Below, one piece after another: positions 54,165 through 64,000 of a stretch of DNA of 64,000 nt; the first letter of the stretch is position 1, and each line of letters begins with the position of its first letter. The stretch is from the human T2T-CHM13v2.0 reference genome, Homo sapiens. The stretch lies in assembly GCF_009914755.1 (NCBI RefSeq), contig NC_060948.1. One strand, written 5' to 3'. The translations under genes were made by a program, and so were the position numbers. The notes under the pieces are model-generated. The model did not search any database, was not told the DNA's origin, and saw nothing but the letters and a program-made list of their open reading frames with translations.

Positions 54165-57100
54165 GGCCTGGAATAAAGTGGAATGCTACGGTCTCGAATG
54201 GAATAAAAATGTATGGAATGGAATGCAATGAAACGGAATCGAATGTCATAGAATGTAATGGAATGCAAAAAAATGGAATCCAAAATCATTGACTGGAAAG
54301 GCTGGGTGTCGAAAGGAATTGACTGCAATGGAATGGAATCGAATGGAATGGAAGTGAATAGAATCGAACTAAATCGAATGGAATGGAATTGATAGGAACG
54401 GAATGGAAAGGAATGCAATGATTTGGCATGGAATGGAATCGAATGGCATCAAATGGAATGGAATGGAATGCAATGGAATGGAATGTATTAGAATGTAATG
54501 AACATTAATGGAATGTACTCGAATGGATTCGACTGGAATGGAATGTTCTGGAAGTGAATGGACTCCAATGGAATGGATTCGAAAGGAATGGAATCGAACG
54601 GAATGGAATCTAATGGAATGGAATTAAATGGAAATGAATCAAATTGAATAGCACGGAATTGAATTGAATGGAATCGAATGCAATGGAATCTAATGAAACG
54701 GAAAGGAAAGAATGGAATGGAATGGAATGGGCTGGAATGGAAAGGAATCGAAACGAATGGAATGGAATCGAACTGAAGAGACTGGAATGGAATGCACTGG
54801 AATGGAAGGGAGTGTAATGGAAGGTTCTCGAAAAAAATGGAATCGAATGGAATGGAATTGAATGGAACGGAATAGAGTCGCATGGAATTGAATGGAGTGG
54901 AATGGACTAGAGTGAAATGGAATCGAACGAAAAGGAATGGACAGGAATGGAATGGTCTCGAATTGAATGGAATCGTATGGAATGGCATCAAACGGAATGG
55001 AATGGACAGCCACGGAATGGAATGCACTCGAATGCAATGGAGTCGAAACTAATGGACTGGAATAGAATGGACTCGACTGGTATGGACTCCAATGGAATGG
55101 AATCGAATGGAAGGGAATCGAACGGAATGGACTCGAAGGGAAAAGACTGCAATGGAAAGGTCTCGAATGGAATGGAAATTAATGGAATGGAATGGAATCG
55201 AATGAAATGGAGTCAAAAGGAATGGAATCGAATGGCAAGAAATCGAATGTAATGGAATCGCAAGGAATTGATGTGAACGGAACGGAATGGAATGGAATCC
55301 AAAGGAATGGAATAGAATGGAATGGAATCGAATGGAAAGGACTCGAATGGAAATCACTCGAATAGAATGAAATTTAATAAAATAGGATCAAATGTAATAG
55401 AATGGAATGGAAAGGAATCGAAACGGAACGAATGGAGACAGATGGAATGGAATGGAACAGAGAGCAATGGTATAGAATGGAATGGAATCATCTGGAATGG
55501 AATTGAATGGAATGGAATAATATGAAATGGAATGGAATGGAATGGAATGGAATGGAATGCCCTTGAATTAAATGGACTGGACTCGAACAGAGTGGAATGG
55601 AAAGTGTTGAGATAGAATGGAATGGACTCCTTTGGAATGGTGTACTATGCAATGCAATCGACTGGCAGGGAATCAAAAGGAATGTAATCGAATGGATTGG
55701 ACTGGAATGCAATGGACTCGAATAGATTGGAAACGGAATGCAAAGGAATGGAATGGAATAGTATGGAATGCAATGGAAGGGAATGGAGTGGAATAGACTA
55801 GAGTGGAATGGAATGGACTGGAAAGCAATGGAGTGGAATGGAACTTTCTTGGATGGACTGGAATCAAACGGAATGGAATGCAATGCAATCAAATGGCATG
55901 GAATAAAATAGAATGAAAGAGAATCAAATGGAATTGAATCGAATGGAATCGAATGGATTGGAAAGGAATAGAATGGAATGGAATGGAATTGACTCAAATG
56001 GAATGGACTAGAATGGAATGGATTCGAATGGAAGGCAAAGGAATGGAATCTATTGGAATGGACTGTAATGGAATGGAATGGAAGGGATTGGAATGGACTC
56101 GAATGGAATGGACTGCAATAGAAAGGATTCGAATGGAATGAAAAAGAATTGAATGGAATAGAACAGAATGGAATCAAATCGAATGGAATGGAATGGAATA
56201 GAAAGGAATGGAATGAAATGGAATGGAAAGGATTCGAATGGAATGCAATCGAATGGAATGGAATCGAACGGAATGGAATAAAATGGAAGAAAACTGGCAA
56301 GAAATGGAATCGAAATGAATGGAGTGTTATGGAATGGACTCAAAAGGAATTGAATGTAATAGAATGGAGTGGAGTGGACTCGAATATAATGGACTGGAAT
56401 GGAATGAAATCACATGGAATGGGAACGAATGGAATGGAATGGAAAGGAATGGAATCGAATGGAAAGGAATCGAATGGAAGGGAATGAAATTGAATCAACA
56501 GGAATGGGAGGGAATAGAATAGACTGTAATGGAATGGACTCGAATAGAATGGACACGAATGCTCAAATTAAATTGACTCGAATGGAATGGAAACGAAAGG
56601 AATGTCATCGAATGGAATTGAATCGATTGGAATGAAATTGCATAGAATGGAGTGGAATCAAATGGAATTGAATCGAAAGGAAAGGAAGCGAATGGACTGA
56701 AATGAAATGGAATGGAATTGAATGGAAAGTAATGCAATGGAATAGAATGGAACGAAATTTCACGGAATGGAATCAAACTGAATGGAATCAAATCAATGGA
56801 ATCAAATCAAATGGAATTGAAAGGAATTGAATGGAGTAGATGGGATTGGATGGGATTGGAATGAAATGTACTGGAAAGGACTCGAATTTCATGAAACGGA
56901 ATGGAATGAATTGGAAAGGAATGGACTCGAATGGAATGGAATGTCATGGAATGGCATCAAATGGAATGGCATCAAATGGAATGGAATCGAATGCAATGGA
57001 ATGCTGTGGAATGGAATGGAATGCATTGGAATGGAATGTCCTCTAATGGAATGGATTCGAGTGGAATGGAATTGAATATAATGGAGTCGAATGAAATGGA

Positions 57101-57692
57101 ATTGAAAGGAATGGGATCGAATACAATGGAATATACTGGAATGTAACGTAATGAACTCGAATGTAATTGACTGGAATGGAATGTACATGAATGGAATGTA
57201 ATCGAATGGAAAGTAGTCCAATGGAATAGAATCTAATGCAATAAAATCGACTCAGATAGAGTAGAATGTAATGGAATGGAGTGCAGTGCAATGGAATGGA
57301 ATGGAATGGAATGGAATGGAATGGAATGGGATGGAATGGTATGGAATGGATAGTAATGGACTGGAGTGAAATGGACTGGAAAGGAATGGACTCAAATTGA
57401 AAGGTCTCGAAAGGAATGGAGTCAAATGGAATGGTCTGGAATGGAATGAACACGAATGTAATGCAATCCAATAGAATGGAATCGAATGGCATGGAATATA
57501 AAGAAATGGAATCGAAGAGAATGGAAACAAATGGAATGAAATTGAATGGAATGGAATTGAATGGAATGTGAACGAATGGAGTGAAATTGTATGCAGTAGA
57601 AGAGAATAGAATGGAATGCAAGCGAAAGGAAAGGAATGGATTGGAATGGAATGGAATTCATTGGAATGGAAGGGAATGTAGTGTAATGGACA
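54165..57692. repeat. DYZ1 monomer 16 (3528 bp)
   Basis: GGCC-to-GGCC interval. Confidence 0.9.
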
Positions 57693-60600
57693 GGCCTGGA
57701 ATAAAGTGGAATGCTACGGTCTCGAATGGAATAAAAATGTATGGAATGGAATGCAATGAAACGGAATCGAATGTCATAGAATGTAATGGAATGCAAAAAA
57801 ATGGAATCCAAAATCATTGAATGGAAAGGCTGGGTGTCGAAAGGAATTGACTCCAATGGAATGGAATCGAATGGAATGGAAGTGAATAGAATCGAACTAA
57901 ATCGAATGGAATGGAATTGATAGGAACGGAATGGAAAGGATTGCAATGATTTGGCATGGAATGGAATCGAATGGCATCGAATGGAATGGAATGGAATGCA
58001 ATGGAATGGAATGTATTAGAATGTAATGAACTTTAATGGAATGTACTCGAATGGATTCGACTGGAATGGAATGTTCTGGAAGTGAATGGACTCCAATGGA
58101 ATGGATTCAAAAGGAATGGAATCGTACGGAATGGAATCTAATGGAATGGAATTAAATGGAAATGAATCAAATTGAATAGCACGGAATTGAATTGAATGGA
58201 ATGGAATGCAATGGAATCTAATGAAACGGAAAGGAAAGGAATGGAATGGAATGGAATGGGCTGGAATGGAAAGGAATCGAAACGAATGGAATGGAATCGA
58301 AGTGAAGAGACTGGAATGGTATGCACTGGAATGGAAGGGAGTGTAATGGAAGGTTCTCGAAAAAAATGGAATCGAATGGAATGCAATTGAATGGAACGGA
58401 ATAGAGTCGAATGGAATTGAATGGAATGGAATGGACTAGAGTGAAATGGAATCGAACCACAAGGAATGGACAGGAATAGAATGGTCTCGAATTGAATGGA
58501 ATCGTATGGAATGGCATCAAACGGAATGGAATGGACAGCCACGGAATGGAATGCACTCGAATGCAATGGAGTCGAAACTAATGGACTGGAATAGAATGGA
58601 CTCGACTGGTACGGACTCCAATGGAATGGAATCGAATGGAAGGGAATCGAACGTAATGGACTCGAAGGGAAAAGACTGCAATGGAAAGGTCTCGAATGGA
58701 ATGGAAATTAATGGAATGGAATGGAATCGAATGAAATGGAGTCAAAAGGAATGGAATCGAATGGCAAGAAATCGAATGTAATGGAATCGCAAGGAATTGA
58801 TGTGAACGGAACGGAATGGAATGGAATCCAAAGGAATGGAATAGAATGGAATGGAAACGAATGGAAAGGACTCCAATGGAAATCACTCGAATAGAATGCA
58901 ATTTAATAAAATAGGATCAAATGTAATAGAATGGAATGGAAAGGAATCGAAACGGAAGGAATGGAGACAGATGGAATGGAATGGAACAGAGAGCAATGGT
59001 ATAGAATGGAATGGAATCATCTGGAATGGAATTGAATGGAATGGAATGATATGAAATGGAATGGAATGGAATGGAATGGAATGCCCTTGAATTAAATGGA
59101 CTGGACTCGAACAGAGTGGAATGGAAAGTGTTGAGATAGAATGGAATGGACTCCTTTGGAATGGTGTAGTATGCAATGCAATCGACTGGCAGGGAATCAA
59201 AAGGAATGTAATCGAATGGATTGGACTGGAATGCAATGGACTCGAATAGATTGGAAACGGAATGCAAAGGAATGGAATGGAATAGTATGGAATGCAATGG
59301 AAGGGAATGGAGTGGAATAGACTAGAGTGGAATGGAATGGACTGGAAAGCAATGGAGTGGAATGGAACTTTCTTGGATGGACTGGAATCAAACGGAATGG
59401 AATGCAATGCAATCAAATGGCATGGAATAAAATAGAATGAAAGAGAATCAAATGGAATTGAATCGAATGGAATCGAATGGATTGGAAAGGAATAGAATGG
59501 AATGGAATGGAATTGACTCAAATGGAATGGACTAGAATGGAATGGATTCGAATGGAAGGCAAAGGAATGGAATCTATTGGAATGGACTGTAATGGAATGG
59601 AATGGAAGGGATTGGAATGGACTCGAATGGAATGGACTGCAATAGAAAGGATTCGAATGGAATGAAAAAGAATTGAATGGAATAGAACAGAATGGAATCA
59701 AATCGAATGGAATGGAATGGAATAGAAAGGAATGGAATGAAATGGAATGGAAAGGATTCGAATGGAATGCAATCGAATGGAATGGAATCGAACGGAATGG
59801 AATAAAATGGAAGAAAACTGGCAAGAAATGGAATCGAAATGAATGGAGTGTTATGGAACGGACTCAAAAGGAATTGAATGTAATAGAATGGAGTGGAGTG
59901 GACTCGAATATAATGGACTGGAATGGAATGAAATCACATGGAATGGGAACGAATGGAATGGAATGGAAAGGAATGGAATCGAATGGAAAGGAATCGAATG
60001 GAAGGGAATGAAATTGAATCAACAGGAATGGAAGGGAATAGAATAGACTGTAATGGAATGGACTCGAATAGAATGGACACGAATGCTCAAATTAAATGGA
60101 CTCGAATGGAATGGAAACGAAAGGAATGTCATCGAATGGAATTGAATCGATTGGAATGAAATCGCATAGAATGGAGTGGAATCAAATGGAATTGAATCGA
60201 AAGGAAAGGAAGCGAATGGACTGAAATGAAATGGAATGGAATTGAATGGAAAGTAATGCAATGGAATAGAATGGAACGAAATTTCACGGAATGGAATCAA
60301 ACTGAATGGAATCAAATCAATGGAATCAAATCAAATGGAATGGAAAGGAATTGAATGGAGTAGATGGGATTGGATGGGATTGGAATGAAATGTACTGGAA
60401 AGGACTCGAATTTCATGAAACGGAATGGAATGAATTGGAACGGAATGGACTCGAATGGAATGGAATGTCATGGAATGGCATCAAATGGAATGGCATCAAA
60501 TGGAATGGAATCGAATGCAATGGAATGCTATGGAATGGAATGGAATGCATTGGAATGGAATGTCCTCTAATGGAATGGATTCGAGTGGAATGGAATTGAA

Positions 60601-61256
60601 TGTAATGGAGTCGAATGAAATGGAATTGAAAGGAATGGGATCGAATACAATGGAATATACTGGAATGTAACGTAATGAACTCGAATGTAATTGACTGGAA
60701 TGGAATGTACATGAATGGAATGTAATCGAATGGAAAGTAATCCAATGGAATAGAATCTAATGCAATAAAATCGACTCAGATAGAGTAGAATGTAATGGAA
60801 TGGAGTGCAGTGCAATGGAATGGAATGGAATGGAATGCAATGGAATGGAATGGAATGGAATGGAATGGAATGGAATGGAATGGAATGGAATGGGATGGAA
60901 TGGTATGGAATGGATAGTAATGGACTGGAATGAAATGGACTGGAAAAGAATGGACTCAAATTGAAAGGGCTCGAAAGGAATGGAGTCAAATGGAATGGTC
61001 TGGAATGGAATGAACACGAATGTAATGCAATCCAATAGAATGGAATCGAATGGCATGGAATATAAAGAAATGGAATCGAAGAGAATGGAAACAAATGGAA
61101 TGGAATTGAATGGAATGGAATTGAATGGAATGGGAACGAATGGAGTGAAATTGTATGCAGTAGAAGAGAATAGAATGGAATGCAAGCGAAAGGAAAGGAA
61201 TGGATTGCAATGGAATGGAATTCATTGGAATGGAAGGGAATGTAGTGTAATGGACA
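57693..61256. repeat. DYZ1 monomer 17 (3564 bp, canonical length)
   Basis: GGCC-to-GGCC interval equals the 3564-bp length of the reference DYZ1 unit. Confidence 0.9.
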
Positions 61257-64000
61257 GGCCTGGAATAAAGTGGAATGCTACGGTCTCGAATGGAATAAAA
61301 ATGTATGGAATGGAATGCAATGAAACGGAATCGAATGTCATAGAATGTAATGGAATGCAAAAAAATGGAATCCAAAATCATTGACTGGAAAGGCTGGGTG
61401 TCGAAAGGAATTGACTCCAATGGAATGGAATCGAATGGAATGGAAGTGAATAGAATCGAACTAAATCGAATGGAATGGAATTGATAGGAACGGAATGGAA
61501 AGGAATGCAATGATTTGGCATGGAATGGAATCGAATGGCATCGAATGGAATGGAATGGAATGCAATGGAATGGAATGTATTAGAATGTAATGAACATTAA
61601 TGGAATGTACTCGAATGGATTCGACTGGAATGGAATGTTCTGGAAGTGAATGGACTCCAATGGAATGTATTCGAAAGGAATGGAATCGAACGGAATGGAA
61701 TCTAATGGAATGGAATTAAATGGAAATGAATCAAATTGAATAGCACGGAATTGAATTGAATGGAATGGAATGCAATGGAATCTAATGAAACGGAAAGGAA
61801 AGGAATGGAATGGAATGGAATGGGCTGGAATGGAAAGGAATCGAAACGAATGGAATGGAATCGAACTGAAGAGACTGGAATGGAATGCACTGGAATGGAA
61901 GGGAGTGTAATGGAAGGTTCTCGAAAATAATGGAAGCAAATGGAATGGAATTGAAAGGAACGGAATAGAGTCGAATGGAATTGAATGGAATGGAATGGAC
62001 TAGAGTGAAATGGAATCGAACCACAAGGAATGGACAGGAATAGAATGGTCTCGAATTGAATGGAATCGTATGGAATGGCATCAAACGGAATGGAATGGAC
62101 AGCCACGGAATGGAATGCACTCGAATGCAATGGAGTCGAAACTTATGGACTGGAATAGAATGGACTCGACTGGTACGGACTCCAATGGAATGGAATCGAA
62201 TGGAAGGGATTCGAACGGAATGGACTCGAAGGGAAAAGACTGCAATGGATAGGTCTCGAATGGAATGGAAATTAATGGAATGGAATGGAATCGAATGAAA
62301 TGGAGTCAAAAGGAATGGAATCGAATGGCAAGAAATCGAATGTAATGGAATCGCAAGGAATTGATGTGAACGGAACGGAATGGAATGGAATCCAAAGGAA
62401 TGGAATAGAATGGAATGGAATCGAATGGAAAGGACTCGAATGGAAATCACTCGAATGGAATGAAATTTAATAAAATAGGATCAAATGTAATTGAATGGAA
62501 TGGAAAGGAATCGAAACGAAAGGAATGGAGACAGATGGAATGGAATGGAACAGAGAGCAATGGTATAGAATGGAATGGAATCATCTGGAATGGAATTGAA
62601 TGGAATGGAATAATATGAAATGGAATGGAATGGAATGGAATGGAATGCCCTTGAATTAAATGGACTGGAATGGAATGGACTCGAACAGAGTGGAATGGAA
62701 AGTGTTGAGATAGAATGGAATGGACTCCTTTGGAATGGTCTAGTATGCAATGCAATCGACTGGCAGGGAATCAAAAGGAATGTAATCGAATGGATTAGAC
62801 TGGAATGCAATGGACTCGAATAGATTGGAAACGGAATGCAAAGGAATGGAATGGAATAGTATGGAATGGAATGGAAAGGAATGGAGTGGAATAGACTAGA
62901 GTGGAATGGAATGGACTGGAAAGCAATGGACTGGAATGGAACTTTCTTGAATGGACTGGAATCAAACGGAATGGAATGCAATGCAATCAAATGGCATGGA
63001 ATAAAATAGAATGAAAGAGAATCAAATGGAATTGAATCGAATGGAATCGAATGGATTGGAAAGGAATAGAATGGAATGGAATGGAATGGACTCAAATGGA
63101 ATGGACTAGAATGGAATGGATTCGAATGGAAGGCAAAGGAATGGAATCTATTGGAATGGACTGTAATGGAATGGAATGGAAGGGATTGGAATGGACTCGA
63201 ATGGAATGGACTGCAATAGAAAGGATTCGAATGGAATGAAAAAGAATTGAATGGAATAGAACAGAATGGAATCAAATCGAATGAAATGGAATGGAATAGA
63301 AAGGAATGGAATGAAATGGAATGGAAAGGATTCGAATGGAATGCAATCGAATGGAATGGAATCGAACGGAATGGAATAAAATGGAAGAAAACTGGCAAGA
63401 AATGGAATCGAAATGAATGGAGTGTTATGGAACGGACTCAAAAGGAATTGAATGTAATAGAATGGAGTGGAGTGGACTCGAATATAATGGACTGGAATGG
63501 AATGAAATCACATGGAATGGGAACGAATGGAATGGAATGGAAAGGAATGGAATCGAATGGAAAGGAATCGAATGGAAGGGAATGAAATTGAATCAACAGG
63601 AATGGAAGGGAATAGAATAGACGGTAATGGAATGGACTCGAATAGAATGGACACGAATGCTCAAATTGAATGGACTCGAATGGAATGGAAACGAAAGGAA
63701 TGTCATCGAATGGAATTGAATCGATTGGAATGAAATCGCATAGAATGGAGTGGAATCAAATGGAATTGAATCGAAAGGAAAGGAAGCGAATGGACTGAAA
63801 TGAAATGGAATGGAATTGAATGGAAAGTAATGCAATGGAATAGAATGGAACGAAATTTCACGGAATGGAATCAAACTGAATGGAATCAAATCAATGGAAT
63901 CAAATCAAATGGAATGGAAAGGAATTGAATGGAGTAGATTGGATTGGATGGGATTGGACTGAAATGTACTGGAAAGGACTCGAATTTCATGAAACGGAAT
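61257..64000. repeat. Partial DYZ1 monomer (right window edge)
   Basis: Colinear with the first ~2.74 kb of the complete monomers. Confidence 0.9.

Larger units (their letters stand above)
1..64000. repeat. DYZ1: Human satellite III (HSat3) array, DYZ1 type (Yq12 heterochromatin), G-rich GGAAT strand on +
   Basis: Degenerate GGAAT pentamers run from end to end with a ~3.56 kb higher-order period. GGCC (within AGGCCT) occurs at 2569, 6082, 9625, 13168, 16746, 20259, 23839, 26515, 30090, 33634, 36338, 39912, 43486, 47018, 50586, 54165, 57693 and 61257, with GAATTC 39 bp upstream (e.g. 2530-2535). This fits the known single-HaeIII/single-EcoRI 3564-bp DYZ1 unit. Confidence 0.96.

Noticed and set aside
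196-63889. Hundreds of ORFs (MEWNG- and FHSIP-rich, up to 319 aa) on both strands
   Set aside because: Pure (GGAAT)n has no stop codon in any frame, so the ORFs are translations of the satellite. They are low-complexity, overlap in all frames, are broken by indels between monomers and show no recognisable domain.
1-64000. CRISPR array or prokaryotic repeat system
   Set aside because: No constant repeats separated by unique spacers and no cas-like genes; the sequence is continuous degenerate pentamer.
1-64000. HSat2 or autosomal HSat3 (e.g. 9q12) assignment
   Set aside because: HSat2-type ATCATCGAATGG 23/26-bp units are not the building block here. The 3.56-kb single-HaeIII/EcoRI period and primer-site match point to DYZ1, though I could not run an alignment.
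1-64000. DYZ2/HSat1B, Alu or L1 insertions, or an inversion breakpoint
   Set aside because: No AT-rich or Alu-like segment, poly(A) tail or CCATT-strand switch was seen anywhere.

Overview
The whole 64 kb window is one uninterrupted array of human satellite III, (GGAAT)n on the + strand and (CCATT)n on the - strand, organised into ~3.5-3.6 kb monomers. It is most likely the Y-chromosome Yq12 DYZ1 repeat: each monomer has one HaeIII/StuI site and one EcoRI site, one monomer is exactly 3564 bp, and the classic Y-sexing primer pair (recalled from memory) matches. There are 18 HaeIII sites, giving 17 complete monomers plus two partial ones, all in the same orientation. I saw no genes, transposons, DYZ2/Alu blocks or inversions, and the ORF track is an artefact of the 5-bp repeat. 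The structure worth following up is: up to three perfect heat-shock elements per monomer (45 intact by manual count), two monomers with in-register deletions of about a quarter monomer (903 and 875 bp), a near-identical 3543-bp triplication, several dispersed duplications marked by shared private variants, clustered pentamer register shifts, and one hypervariable pure (GGAAT)n tract per monomer. I found no support for a new protein-coding system. All counts and coordinates were read by eye.
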